Below, one piece after another: positions 9,579-19,108 of a stretch of DNA of 64,000 nucleotides (position 1 is its first letter; every line of letters starts with the position of its first letter). Made by a program: the position numbers and the translations under genes. The DNA is taken from assembly GCA_030680695.1 (NCBI GenBank), contig JAUXUT010000149.1, forward strand, positions 357,000 through 420,999, written 5' to 3'. This DNA is from a bacterium (GTDB lineage: Bacteria; Patescibacteriota; Minisyncoccia; Phycocordibacterales; UBA6065). A model generated the notes under the pieces. That model saw only the letters and a list, made by a program, of their open reading frames with translations, did not search any database and was not told where the DNA came from.

Positions 9579-10559
9579 TTAAAGAGAAAAATTCTTTATA
9601 GAGTACAGGTCCTCGGTATTTTCATCCTCTTTCTTTTCTTCAACAGAACGGTCATCAACAGGAAGCACTGGTTCGGAAGGAACGCCTGCGGCGACTTCTT
9701 GGGTTAGAGATGGCGGCACGGCCCCTTTAGACTGAACAATGTTCAATATCGCCTTGAGGTCTTCTGGCGAGAAAAAGTCTATGGTGATCTTGCCTCCCTT
9801 TTGTTTCTGCTCGATCGAAACGCGGGTACCAAAAGTTTCGGAAAGTTTTTGTTCCATTTCAAGCATCTCTGGATCGAACATGCGTTCCTTTTTTCGCGCC
9901 TTCTCGACGGCGATTTTGCGAGCGATCATTTCGGTCTCACGTACAGTAAGCCTCTTGGAAAGTATCTCTTTGAAAAGAGTTGACTGCTCTTCAGGTCTGT
10001 CTGAAAGCATAAGAAGCGGTCGTGCATGACCCTCGCTTATCTTCCCTGCCGAAAGCGAGTCAAGGATATCAGTCGGCAAGGCAAGCAAACGTATCGAATT
10101 CGAAACATATTCGCGTGACTTGCCGATTTTCTCGGCGACTTGAACGTGCTTGAGGCCGAATTCAGATACAAGTTGGCTGAACGAACGGGCCCTTTCTACT
10201 GGGTTGAGATCCTCGCGTTGAAGGTTCTCTATGATGGCAAGTTCAAGCTTGACCCGAGCGTCGTCGGTGTTGGCGCGTATTATCGCCGGCACCTGCGGAA
10301 GGCCCAGAAGTTTAGATGCGCGCAGGCGGCGCTCGCCGGATATGAGCTCATACTCAACAACCATGCCTCCGTCTTCTTTATGAATCTCTGTCCTTGTGAC
10401 GGTAAGGGGCTGGAGCAATCCGTACATGCGAATTGACTCGGCAAGGTCACGAAGTGCGGCCTCGTCGAATTCACGACGTGGCTGATATGGGTTCGGACGC
10501 ACCTTGTCGGTGTCTATCCAGAATATCGAGTCTCCAAAAAATTGGGATGGCTGTGGCAT
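9579..10559 (-). CDS. parB: ParB/Spo0J partition protein
   Basis: PNPYQPRREF, GLLQPLTV, ISGERRLRA, IIENLQREDLNPVE, HTH. Start reassigned to MPQPSQ because the longer call runs through tRNA-Leu. Confidence 0.93.
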   Translation of the reverse strand: MPQPSQFFGDSIFWIDTDKVRPNPYQPRREFDEAALRDLAESIRMYGLLQPLTVTRTEIHKEDGGMVVEYELISGERRLRASKLLGLPQVPAIIRANTDDARVKLELAIIENLQREDLNPVERARSFSQLVSEFGLKHVQVAEKIGKSREYVSNSIRLLALPTDILDSLSAGKISEGHARPLLMLSDRPEEQSTLFKEILSKRLTVRETEMIARKIAVEKARKKERMFDPEMLEMEQKLSETFGTRVSIEQKQKGGKITIDFFSPEDLKAILNIVQSKGAVPPSLTQEVAAGVPSEPVLPVDDRSVEEKKEDENTEDLYSIKNFSL

Positions 10560-10658
10560 ACGGTTGGTGAGAAGAGATACAAGGATTTTATCATACAAAT
10601 TATCTTGAGGAAGAATTGATTGAGAAAAGCTCTCCTTTAGTGTAGATTTTGCATGTAT

Positions 10659-10739
10659 GCCGAGGTGGCGAAATGGCAACCGCAATCGACTCAAAATCGA
10701 TCGTCGCAAGACTTGAGGGTTCGAGTCCCTCCCTCGGCA
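10659..10739 (+). tRNA. tRNA-Leu(CAA)
   Basis: Acceptor GCCGAGG/CCTCGGC, anticodon arm ATCGA-CTCAAAA-TCGAT, long variable arm, GGTTCGAGTCC. CCA not encoded. Confidence 0.95.
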
Positions 10740-10740
10740 C

Positions 10741-11316
10741 ATGATGCATACGCCCAATACAGCCTATATCGTAGGGGTGGCTCTTGGCGACGGGAATCTC
10801 TCTAATCCCAATGGTCGAGCCGTCAGGCTGCGTATAACGTGTGACAAAAAGTACCCGAAGGTTATAGAGAACATACTGATATCATTGAGAGTGGGTCTTC
10901 CTGACAACAAGGTAAGTCTCGTGTATCGGAATGCTCGATGCCTTGATATATCATGTTATTCAAATAAGCTTGAGAACTTACTCGGATGGCGAGCCGATCT
11001 TGGCTCGAAATACCTTCAAAGGGTTCATGTGCCTTCTTGGATATTCAGAGATCCCTGGCTTATCCGACCATGCGTTCGCGGTCTTATAGAGACTGATGGG
11101 TGTGTGTTCACTGACAGGGGCTATACTCATGTCAACTTCACGACTATTATTCCGGAACTAGCGACAGATATGGAAAGAATGCTCACAATTCTGGGATTTA
11201 CGTATTCGACTCAACTAATAATTGCGAAAAGCTCAAATCGTAAGCCAAAATATGTCATAAGGATTTGCAAAAGAGGCAAAGAGTTCGTGGACGAATTTGG
11301 TATAGACAAAAATTAG
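10741..11316 (+). CDS. Free-standing double-motif LAGLIDADG endonuclease-like protein
   Basis: Motifs AYIVGVALGDG and CVRGLIETDG, plus VPSWIF. No intein splicing domains. Confidence 0.85.
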   Translation: MMHTPNTAYIVGVALGDGNLSNPNGRAVRLRITCDKKYPKVIENILISLRVGLPDNKVSLVYRNARCLDISCYSNKLENLLGWRADLGSKYLQRVHVPSWIFRDPWLIRPCVRGLIETDGCVFTDRGYTHVNFTTIIPELATDMERMLTILGFTYSTQLIIAKSSNRKPKYVIRICKRGKEFVDEFGIDKN

Positions 11317-11356
11317 TTTTGCAAATAAGACTCACCACTGATAATACTGCCTATAT

Positions 11357-12265
11357 ATGAAGAAACAATTACCGAAAATAATCGTTGTATGCGGCCCCAC
11401 CGCGACCGGCAAGAGCGATCTTGCCGTGCTTTTGGCGCGCGAACTCGACGCTGAAATTGTATCGGCAGACTCGCGCCAAGTGTACAGGGGTATGGACATC
11501 GGGTCAGGTAAAATCACCGCGCGCGAAATGAAAAAAATCCCACATCATCTCCTCGACGTTGCCGACCCGCGCAAGGCGCGATACACCGTTGATGATTTCA
11601 AGCGCGACGGTGAAGCGGCCGTGGCGGATATTCTTTCACGCGGCAGGCTCCCTATCATCTGCGGCGGCACAGGATTTTATATCGACGCCTTGGTCAAAGG
11701 TGAAACATATCCAGATGTGCCGCCGAACCAGACATTGCGCAAACAACTCGCCAACAAAACTGTGGTGCAGCTCATGGCAATGATCCGGAAACTCGACCCT
11801 CGTCGTGCAAAAACCCTCGACCCATTCAACAAAGTCCGCATCATACGCGCGATCGAAATCGCGAAAACCCTAGGCTCGATTCCTAAAGTCCGACGCGCGC
11901 CAAAATACAATGCCTTCTACATCGGCCTCACCCTCGACAAAGAATCTTTGCGAGAAAAGATACACGTTCGTCTTATAAAACGTATCAAAGCCGGCATGGT
12001 CGTCGAAGTGGCGAAACTGAAGACTTCTGGAGTCTCATGGAAACGCCTAGAGGCTTTCGGTCTCGAATACCGATACGTTGCGCTCTACCTCCAGAAAAAA
12101 CTGACAAAAGACGAGATGCTCGCCCAACTCGAATCAGAAATCGTCAGATATGCCCGCCGCCAAATGCAGTGGTTTACGAAGAACAAAGGCATATTGTGGT
12201 TATCGCCAGCCGAAAAACAAAAGGCTCTCATTTCAGCCAAAAAATACTTGAGGGTGTCCGCCTAA
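11357..12265 (+). CDS. miaA: tRNA dimethylallyltransferase
   Basis: GPTATGKS, SADSRQVYRGMDIGSGK, GGTGFY, YARRQ. Confidence 0.96.
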   Translation: MKKQLPKIIVVCGPTATGKSDLAVLLARELDAEIVSADSRQVYRGMDIGSGKITAREMKKIPHHLLDVADPRKARYTVDDFKRDGEAAVADILSRGRLPIICGGTGFYIDALVKGETYPDVPPNQTLRKQLANKTVVQLMAMIRKLDPRRAKTLDPFNKVRIIRAIEIAKTLGSIPKVRRAPKYNAFYIGLTLDKESLREKIHVRLIKRIKAGMVVEVAKLKTSGVSWKRLEAFGLEYRYVALYLQKKLTKDEMLAQLESEIVRYARRQMQWFTKNKGILWLSPAEKQKALISAKKYLRVSA

Positions 12266-13413
12266 ACATTAGGCTTTTTCCGTTTAAGATACTCTTTCCC
12301 TTTCAACTTTTCCGGCAGGAAGCTCTCCTTATCGTATTTCTTATAATCTTTACCTTGCCCGAGCTCTTTCATGAGTTTGGTCGGTGCGTTTCGAATCTTC
12401 ATCGGCACCGGCAGGTTACCGTACCTCTTTACATCTTCAATCGCGGCAAAGTAAGCGTCATGCGAAGAGCGATCCTTGGCGGCGAGGGCGAGATATGCCA
12501 CGCCATGGGCGAGGTTAATGCCGGCCTCTGGCATGCCGATAGTCTCGACGGCGCGAAACACCTCGTTCGCCACCACGAGCGCCGTCGGTTGGGCGAGGCC
12601 GATGTCTTCTGAAGCGAATATGACCATCCTGCGAGCGATGAATTTCGGATCTTCCCCACCCTCGACCATACGTGCGAGATAATATATCGCCGCGTCTGCG
12701 TCACCGGACCGCATAGATTTTATAAAAGCCGAAATGGTGTCGTAATGCTCGTCACCTTTCTTATCGAAACGGATAAAAACTTGTTCGAAAGCAGACTTGA
12801 GGTTGCTTATCGTCACCGATCCGTACATGCGCTTGGCGTTTTCGAGCGCTGTGATGGCGATACGAGCATCGCCGTTTGCGAGATTTGCGAGCCAATCAAG
12901 AGCGTCCTTAGGAATCTTTATCTTGGTTCGCTTCAATATCTTCTTGATTTCGTCTTCTGAAAGGCTCTTGAGCACGAACACGCGGCAACGTGAGAGAAGC
13001 GCGGAATTCACTTCGAAACTCGGATTTTCTGTGGTGGCACCAATAAGGATAAGCTTGCCCGACTCGACAGACGGCAAAAGAAAATCCTGCTGTGCCTTAT
13101 TAAAACGATGTATCTCGTCGAGGAACAATACTTTCTGGCGCTGATCGAGAAGGTTCATATCGTCCACGATACGGCGTATGTCGTCCTTGCTCGCCGACAC
13201 GGCGGACAATTCATAAAAACGTGCGTCGAGGGCGTTCGCGTATATGCGAGCCAAAGTCGTCTTGCCGACGCCTGGCGGACCCCACAGTATGAATGAGAAC
13301 AGGTGCCTGTCCTCGATGGCCTTACGCAAGGGCTTTTCCTTCCCCACGATTTCATCCTGTCCGACGAAATCGTCAAGTGTCTCTGGCCTAATTTTGTTAG
13401 CTAGGGGTTCCAT
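12262..13413 (-). CDS. rarA: Replication-associated recombination protein A (AAA+)
   Basis: PLANKIRP, WGPPGVGKTT, DEIHRFNKAQQD, SAFIKSMR, ASEDIG. Confidence 0.95.
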   Translation of the reverse strand: MEPLANKIRPETLDDFVGQDEIVGKEKPLRKAIEDRHLFSFILWGPPGVGKTTLARIYANALDARFYELSAVSASKDDIRRIVDDMNLLDQRQKVLFLDEIHRFNKAQQDFLLPSVESGKLILIGATTENPSFEVNSALLSRCRVFVLKSLSEDEIKKILKRTKIKIPKDALDWLANLANGDARIAITALENAKRMYGSVTISNLKSAFEQVFIRFDKKGDEHYDTISAFIKSMRSGDADAAIYYLARMVEGGEDPKFIARRMVIFASEDIGLAQPTALVVANEVFRAVETIGMPEAGINLAHGVAYLALAAKDRSSHDAYFAAIEDVKRYGNLPVPMKIRNAPTKLMKELGQGKDYKKYDKESFLPEKLKGKEYLKRKKPNV

Positions 13414-13483
13414 ATCGTTAATACGCAGAATTCTACACTATCTTTGTAAAAGGCGCGGACGATATGTTATGCTCAGCCCGTAT

Positions 13484-13557
13484 GGGCGATTAGTTAAGTG
13501 GCATAACGAGGCACTCCAAACGCCTTGTCGGGGGTTCGATTCCCTCATCGCCCGCCA
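13484..13557 (+). tRNA. tRNA-Trp(CCA)
   Basis: Acceptor GGGCGAT/ATCGCCC, loop CT-CCA-AA, GGTTCGATTCC, encoded CCA. A31:C39 mismatch. Confidence 0.93.
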
Positions 13558-13577
13558 GGTATTAGCATGCAACGAAC

Positions 13578-13880
13578 GTGAACCCTTTCACCCTCAACAT
13601 GCCAATCGGTTTCATTGCCTGTTGGATTCAACGAGATGACGATGTCATCCTCACCAAAGAAGCGAATCATTACGGTTATGTATCCGACGTATACATCGAA
13701 GAAACTTGGAGAGGTAAAGGTGTCTTCCAAATACTTCTACAGAAAACTATCGATCATCTCAAGACGCGTAACGTGCAATCAATCAAACTAAATGTTGTTG
13801 CACAAAATGAACGAGCGCTCGCAGCTTACTTAAAAGTAGGATTTAAATCTGAAGAGATCAGTCTTCGAATGAAAATATAA
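13578..13880 (+). CDS. GNAT acetyltransferase, apparently N-terminally truncated
   Basis: VYIEETWRGKGV and NERALAAYLKVGF acetyl-CoA motifs. Only about 100 aa, with a weak start. Confidence 0.65.
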   Translation: MNPFTLNMPIGFIACWIQRDDDVILTKEANHYGYVSDVYIEETWRGKGVFQILLQKTIDHLKTRNVQSIKLNVVAQNERALAAYLKVGFKSEEISLRMKI

Positions 13881-13968
13881 AAAGTGTATAACTCTATTGT
13901 GCTCTCGCGCACGCATCTTACAATTAGAGTAGGTCGCATTATTCGAAAACATAACAACAGCTACCGAA

Positions 13969-14082
13969 ATGGTTCGAAAGACCAAAAAATCCGCTCGCAA
14001 AGTTGTTCGCAAAGTAAAGAAGACGGTCAAGCGAACGGTGAAGAAAGCGAAGAAGGCAAAGCGCTCCTCTAAGCGCCGATAG
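13969..14082 (+). CDS. 37-aa Lys/Arg-rich histone-H1/protamine-like peptide
   Basis: Hand translation MVRKTKKSARKVVRKVKKTVKRTVKKAKKAKRSSKRR*. Followed by a terminator shared with rpmG. Confidence 0.7.
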   Translation: MVRKTKKSARKVVRKVKKTVKRTVKKAKKAKRSSKRR

Positions 14083-14086
14083 CCAA

Positions 14087-14126
14087 AAAGAAAACCGCCC
14101 CAGATTTGTCTGAGGCGGCTTTCTTT
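14087..14126. terminator. Bidirectional terminator between the basic peptide gene and rpmG
   Basis: AAAGAAAACCGCC-CAGA...TCTG-AGGCGGCTTTCTTTT imperfect inverted repeat. Confidence 0.65.
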
Positions 14127-14281
14127 TATTTCTTGCTTTCCTTGAAGATGACGCGCTTGCGGAGTTTCTTCGAGTACTTCTTGAGCTCGATTTTGCGCTC
14201 TACCTTGCGCTTGTTTTTGCGAGTGTGGTAGACCTCGCCGGTCTCCTTGTTTCGCAGAATAATGAGTTGGTCCTGGGACAT
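14126..14281 (-). CDS. rpmG: 50S ribosomal protein L33 (Zn-free)
   Basis: YHTRKNKRKVERKIELKKYSKKLRKRVIFKE. Confidence 0.92.
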   Translation of the reverse strand: MSQDQLIILRNKETGEVYHTRKNKRKVERKIELKKYSKKLRKRVIFKESKK

Positions 14282-14324
14282 ATGGGTAAAAATGATGTTC
14301 GAAGATATTATCACGAGGCCACCT

Positions 14325-15479
14325 TTACCGCAAGTATACGCGCGGCAAAAGCGGATTAATACGAGTCACTATCTCGTAATTTATGGTACCTGCTCGCGAT
14401 GCCAGCGCCTCGGCAGATATCGAGGTCTTCCCTTGCTTGCCAAGCAGAACGACCTCGTCACCAGCCTTGACCAACGGAATGTCTGTTACATCAATCACAG
14501 TCATGTCCATCGACACGCGGCCAAGGACCTTTGCAAGCTTGCCGCCGACAAGCACTTCGCCAGAGTTCGAAAGGCTTCGCGGAAAGCCGTGCCAGTATCC
14601 GACAGGTATAACGGCAATGCGTGAATCGCGCGTTGCTTCACATGTGAGATCATATCCGATCAGTGCGCCTTTCGGCACGAGCTTCACTTCGTTCACAATG
14701 GTCTTCCATGACAACACTGGGGTAAGAGAAATGCCAGGTAAGACACGGCGTGAGTGTGCCTCAATTTCTGGTGACGGCCACAAACCATAGATGGCGATGC
14801 CTGCACGAGCCATATCAAAATAATAATCTGGCGAAAAAAGAAGTCCTGAACTCGCAGATGCGTGGGTGATGGGTGTAAAACCTTTTTCGCGCAAACGAAA
14901 AATTACTGATTTAAAAGCCCCCGCCTGCTTGAGCGAATAATCTTCGTGGGCCGGGTCTTCCATCGCCGCGAAATGCGTGTATGCACCTTCGATGATTGCT
15001 TTTGTCTCGAAGGTCTTGCCTTCCATGACACGCACAGCTTGTTGGACTTGAGACTCGGGTATACCTTGGCGATGAAGACCAGTATCGAACTTCACATGGA
15101 TTTTTAAACGCCTGAACAGCTTTGCCTTGGCAAGAGCACGTAGACTGTCGAGGGACGAGATGGTGAGAGATACTCCTTTTTTTGCCGCAGTCTCGTAAAG
15201 TTCAGGCATGGTGAAGCCTAGGACTAGTACTGGTGACTTAATGCCGGAAGTGCGCAATTCCAAAGCTTCAGCGAGCTCGTCTACCGCGATCCAGTCTGCC
15301 CCGCCTTTTAATGCGGCCTTGGCACATTCAACCATGCCATGGCCATAAGCATTGGATTTAACCACAGCCATCATAGCTGCCCTACCAGATAGAGCAGATT
15401 TAAGTACCGCAGTGTTGCGCGCGATTGCGCCAAGATTGACCTCAAGCCATGTACGGTACGACTGAGACTTAATCTTCAT
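14325..15479 (-). CDS. alr: Alanine racemase
   Basis: AVVKSNAYGHG (PLP Lys), HVKFDTGLHRQG, GRVSMD, TINYE. Start reassigned to MKIKSQ, downstream of tRNA-Tyr. Confidence 0.95.
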   Translation of the reverse strand: MKIKSQSYRTWLEVNLGAIARNTAVLKSALSGRAAMMAVVKSNAYGHGMVECAKAALKGGADWIAVDELAEALELRTSGIKSPVLVLGFTMPELYETAAKKGVSLTISSLDSLRALAKAKLFRRLKIHVKFDTGLHRQGIPESQVQQAVRVMEGKTFETKAIIEGAYTHFAAMEDPAHEDYSLKQAGAFKSVIFRLREKGFTPITHASASSGLLFSPDYYFDMARAGIAIYGLWPSPEIEAHSRRVLPGISLTPVLSWKTIVNEVKLVPKGALIGYDLTCEATRDSRIAVIPVGYWHGFPRSLSNSGEVLVGGKLAKVLGRVSMDMTVIDVTDIPLVKAGDEVVLLGKQGKTSISAEALASRAGTINYEIVTRINPLLPRVYLR

Positions 15480-15488
15480 AATATTTTG

Positions 15489-15571
15489 TGCGCCGAGAGG
15501 GACTCGAACCCCCGATGCCCAGTGGGCGGGAGATTTACAGTCTCCTGGAATAGCCGCTATCCGATCGGCGC
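15489..15571 (-). tRNA. tRNA-Tyr(GTA)
   Basis: Acceptor GCGCCGA/TCGGCGC, arm GGAGA-CTGTAAA-TCTCC, long variable arm, GGTTCGAGTCC. Confidence 0.94.
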
Positions 15572-15618
15572 ATATGCTGGCAAATACTACTCTATCAGAT
15601 TTCACCAGTGAGGCAAAT

Positions 15619-15644
15619 GAAAAGCCGCCACGTGGCGGCTTTTC
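15619..15644 (-). terminator. Intrinsic terminator after clpB
   Basis: GAAAAGCCGCC-ACGT-GGCGGCTTTTC. Confidence 0.75.
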
Positions 15645-15658
15645 CTGGTGACGTCGGA

Positions 15659-18346
15659 CTATACCGCCTTCTCACGCACGACTTCTTCCTCGCCGTCTAG
15701 TTCTTTGAGCTGTACCGGTCTCCTGCCCTTCTTCACGTCAAATGTGAAGTGCTCGCCCTTCATACCGACAGATATTGATCCGCCCTTGCCTACACCCTGA
15801 GATATCATGAAGCTCGCGATCTGGGTGAGAATCTTTTCCTGAATGAGACGCTTCAACGGGCGCGCACCGAACTTTGGATCATATCCTTCTTTTGCGAGAT
15901 ATTCGCTGACGGCCGGTGACACGTCGAGTTTGATTTCCTTGTCTGCAAGGCGCTTCACCACGATTTCTATCTGGATTTTTACAATCTCTTTAATAGCTTC
16001 CGGTGAAAGGACATCGAAGAGAATAATCGAATCAAGACGGTTCAAGAATTCTGGCCTGAAGTAGTCCTTGAGGCTGTCCATAACCTTTGCCTTCACGTCT
16101 TCGTATTTTCTTTGTTCCGACAAATCAGACGAGAAGCCGATTCGTTCCATCTTGTCTATGTACTGCGCACCGATGTTTGAAGTGAGAATAATGACAGTAT
16201 TTTTGAAGTTTACAGTGCGACCTTTGGTGTCGGTGAGACGACCATTGTCGAGCACCTGCAGAAGTATGTTGAACACCTCTGGATGGGCTTTCTCGATTTC
16301 GTCGAATAGAATGACAGAATAAGGGCGATGACGGACCATTTCTGTAAGAGAGCCGCCCTCCTCGTATCCAACATATCCTGGAGGCGCACCGATGAGTTTA
16401 GACGTCGAATGTTTATCCATGAACTCTGACATGTCTACACGAATGAGGGACTTTTCATCGTTGAACATGAATTCGGCCAATGCCTTGGTGAGTTCGGTCT
16501 TACCGACGCCGGTTGGACCAAGGAAAAGGAATGAGCCAATAGGCCTGTTTGGGTCGGCGATGCCTGCACGGGCGCGACGGATGGTGTCTGCTATTGACTT
16601 CACTGCCTCGCGCTGGCCGACAACTCGACGATCAATTTCGCTTTCCATGCGCATGAGCTTCTGAACCTCTTCTTCAAGCATCCTTGAAACCGGTATGCCG
16701 GTCCATTTTGAAACAACGATCGCGATATCTTCTTCGGTGATCTCTTCTTTGAGTATGCGACGAGATGTCTGATTTTTCTTGAGTTTCTTTTGCTTGGCAT
16801 CGAGTTCTTTCTCGAGGAGAGGAATCTTGCCGTATCTGATTTCGGCGGCCTTGGCGAGGTCGGCCTTAAGCTCTGCGGCTTCGGCTTCCAGGCGCAATTG
16901 CTCAAGGTCTTTCTTGTTCGACTTGATGCCTGTTATTAACTCTTTCTCGTTCTTCCATTTAAGTTCGAGCTCTTGGGTTGATTCCTTGAGATCAGCTATG
17001 TCTTTTTCTATGGCCTTAACGCGAGCTTTTGGCGCCTTTTCTGTCTCTTTTTTAAGGGCTTCGCGTTCAATTTCAAGACGCATGATTTTCCTGTGCGTTT
17101 CTTCGAGAAGAGGCGGCTTTGATTCGAGCGAAATCTTCAGGGACGATGCTGCCTCGTCGATAAGATCCACAGTTTTGTCTGGAAGGAATCGGTCTGATAT
17201 ATATCGGGATGAAAGGTTTACCGCCGCGACAATAGCGTCATCTGTGATGCGCACACCATGGTACACCTCGTACTTTTCCTTGAGGCCACGAAGTATTGCA
17301 ATGGCATCTTCGATAGAAGGCTCGGTGACGTGCACTGGTTGGAATCGTCGGGTAAGTGCCGGGTCTTTCTCGATATGCTTTTGGTATTCCTTGAGTGTCG
17401 TCGCGCCTATTGCACGGAGTTCGCCACGAGCAAGCGATGGTTTGAGCATGTTCGACGCATCCATCGATCCTTCAGCAGCGCCAGCACCGACGATTGTATG
17501 TATCTCGTCTATGAAAAGAATTATGCGGCCTTCCGAACGCTCGATTTCCTTCATTATGTTCTTGAGGCGCTCTTCGAATTCACCACGGTACTTCGTGCCG
17601 GCAACGAGCTGGCCCAAGTCGAGCAACATGAGTTCCTTATCCTTGAGCGATTCAGGTACGTCGCCCTGAGCCATGCGTAATGCGAGACCTTCAACGATGG
17701 CGGTCTTGCCCACACCTGCTTCACCGATGAGCATTGGGTTATTTTTGGTACGGCGCGAAAGAATCTGGATGATGCGGCTGATTTCTTTGTCGCGTCCAAT
17801 GACGGGATCTAGTTTGTTCTCGGCAGCCATCTTGGTGAGGCTCTTGGTGTATTTGGCGAGGGCGCGAGGCTTCTTCGGAGCATGAGGTTCTGAAGTTTTT
17901 GCGGTTTTGAGGTCTTCGAGAACGTTCACAACCGCCGGGCGACCGATTTTGAAACGTGCGAGGAGTTCTTGTGCTGGTCCAGGTATATCAAGAAGGGCGA
18001 TGAATAGATGTTCGGTTGATATGAACTCGTCCTTGAGTTCGGCTGCGATTTTAGCGGAGCTTTCAAGCGCCTGGGCTAGTTCAGGTGTTAGATATATCTG
18101 ATACGACTGGGAAAGCGTGGCACCAGCACCTGTGCCTTCAAGGGACTCGGCGATGGAGTCAGAGAGCAATATAAGATCTACCTCGAGCTTCTCGAGTATG
18201 GCGTTGACCATGCTCTCTTCCTGAAGGATAAGAGCCGACAATAGATGAAGTGGATTGACGTGGTTCTGGCCACGCTCAATAGCGAGCTCATGAGCTCGTC
18301 TGATGGCTTCTTTTGCTTTGGTTGTGAAATGATTAAGGGGTGGCAT
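15659..18346 (-). CDS. clpB: ClpB/ClpC-family AAA+ chaperone
   Basis: Clp-N repeats, GEAGVGKT and GPTGVGKT Walker A motifs, KYRGEFEER, long M-domain, GYVGYEEGG. Confidence 0.92.
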   Translation of the reverse strand: MPPLNHFTTKAKEAIRRAHELAIERGQNHVNPLHLLSALILQEESMVNAILEKLEVDLILLSDSIAESLEGTGAGATLSQSYQIYLTPELAQALESSAKIAAELKDEFISTEHLFIALLDIPGPAQELLARFKIGRPAVVNVLEDLKTAKTSEPHAPKKPRALAKYTKSLTKMAAENKLDPVIGRDKEISRIIQILSRRTKNNPMLIGEAGVGKTAIVEGLALRMAQGDVPESLKDKELMLLDLGQLVAGTKYRGEFEERLKNIMKEIERSEGRIILFIDEIHTIVGAGAAEGSMDASNMLKPSLARGELRAIGATTLKEYQKHIEKDPALTRRFQPVHVTEPSIEDAIAILRGLKEKYEVYHGVRITDDAIVAAVNLSSRYISDRFLPDKTVDLIDEAASSLKISLESKPPLLEETHRKIMRLEIEREALKKETEKAPKARVKAIEKDIADLKESTQELELKWKNEKELITGIKSNKKDLEQLRLEAEAAELKADLAKAAEIRYGKIPLLEKELDAKQKKLKKNQTSRRILKEEITEEDIAIVVSKWTGIPVSRMLEEEVQKLMRMESEIDRRVVGQREAVKSIADTIRRARAGIADPNRPIGSFLFLGPTGVGKTELTKALAEFMFNDEKSLIRVDMSEFMDKHSTSKLIGAPPGYVGYEEGGSLTEMVRHRPYSVILFDEIEKAHPEVFNILLQVLDNGRLTDTKGRTVNFKNTVIILTSNIGAQYIDKMERIGFSSDLSEQRKYEDVKAKVMDSLKDYFRPEFLNRLDSIILFDVLSPEAIKEIVKIQIEIVVKRLADKEIKLDVSPAVSEYLAKEGYDPKFGARPLKRLIQEKILTQIASFMISQGVGKGGSISVGMKGEHFTFDVKKGRRPVQLKELDGEEEVVREKAV

Positions 18347-19094
18347 ATGGTTTTATGATATCCGAAGCTATGAAGGAATTAGGTGGAGATGAGGCATTTT
18401 TCATACCAATCACCTCGCCTAAGAGATTAACAAGTATGGCGTGGGTGTCAAAAGCCGCATCGCGCACCGATGCCTCGATATATGAGCTGTTTTTGGAAGA
18501 AACTATACCTGTAGCGACGCGAGGCGTTGCTCCCCCACCAATCGCGACGACTGCCTGACCGAGGCTAGCATCGGCGGAATCGGCGAACCGCACGGCACTG
18601 TAAACGCGGGCGTCAAAACGACTTTCAGATTGTTCAGCCGATAAAATAGTGACGCCCGCGTTCGAGTCGTATGACACTGGAAAAAGCGGTACGGAATTTC
18701 CGCCATCGAGTCTTGCCACAAGTGGACCGCCGCTGTTTAGGCCGAGGCGGGCAATGACGCGGCCGGAGGAATTAGCGATGACGCCGAGGCCGACGAACTC
18801 TTCTGTAGATCCCGGCCTTGTTGCAAAAATCCTGACGATGCCTTTGGACGCTATTGCTATTGCTTTGACTACCGCCTCGTCGTCGCGAACAACTATGGTT
18901 TCCTTGGTTGCAGGCGAGTCATCGGACGAGACTCGTTCAATGGTCCTTTCGACCACGCGATTAATCGTCTGTGTGACCGGTGTGCCTGCGCCCTGTTCCA
19001 TAAGAGACACTGTGACAATGCCTGTCGCTATCGAGGACACGAAGCTCACAAGGAGGGCGAGGAGGATGATCTGTTGTTTGTTGAGCTGCTCCAT
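18333..19094 (-). CDS. Membrane-anchored trypsin/HtrA-like protein lacking catalytic residues
   Basis: N-terminal TM, LGQAVVAIG, VATGIVS and LVNLLGEVIGM. No TNxH or GNSGG motif. Confidence 0.7.
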   Translation of the reverse strand: MEQLNKQQIILLALLVSFVSSIATGIVTVSLMEQGAGTPVTQTINRVVERTIERVSSDDSPATKETIVVRDDEAVVKAIAIASKGIVRIFATRPGSTEEFVGLGVIANSSGRVIARLGLNSGGPLVARLDGGNSVPLFPVSYDSNAGVTILSAEQSESRFDARVYSAVRFADSADASLGQAVVAIGGGATPRVATGIVSSKNSSYIEASVRDAAFDTHAILVNLLGEVIGMKNASSPPNSFIASDIIKPYATP

Positions 19095-19108
19095 ATAGAT
19101 GAATGATA

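Noticed and set aside
10560-10757. N-terminal extension of ParB in the ORF track
   Set aside because: It is the antisense reading of tRNA-Leu; ParB-like sequence begins at MPQPSQ.
10659-11316. LAGLIDADG as part of a tRNA intron or intein
   Set aside because: The tRNA is contiguous and complete, no second exon follows, and there are no N-terminal Cys/Ser or C-terminal His-Asn splice motifs. The same holds for 22913-23590.
15480-15605. N-terminal extension of Alr
   Set aside because: It reads through tRNA-Tyr on the same strand; Alr-like sequence begins at MKIKSQSYRTW.
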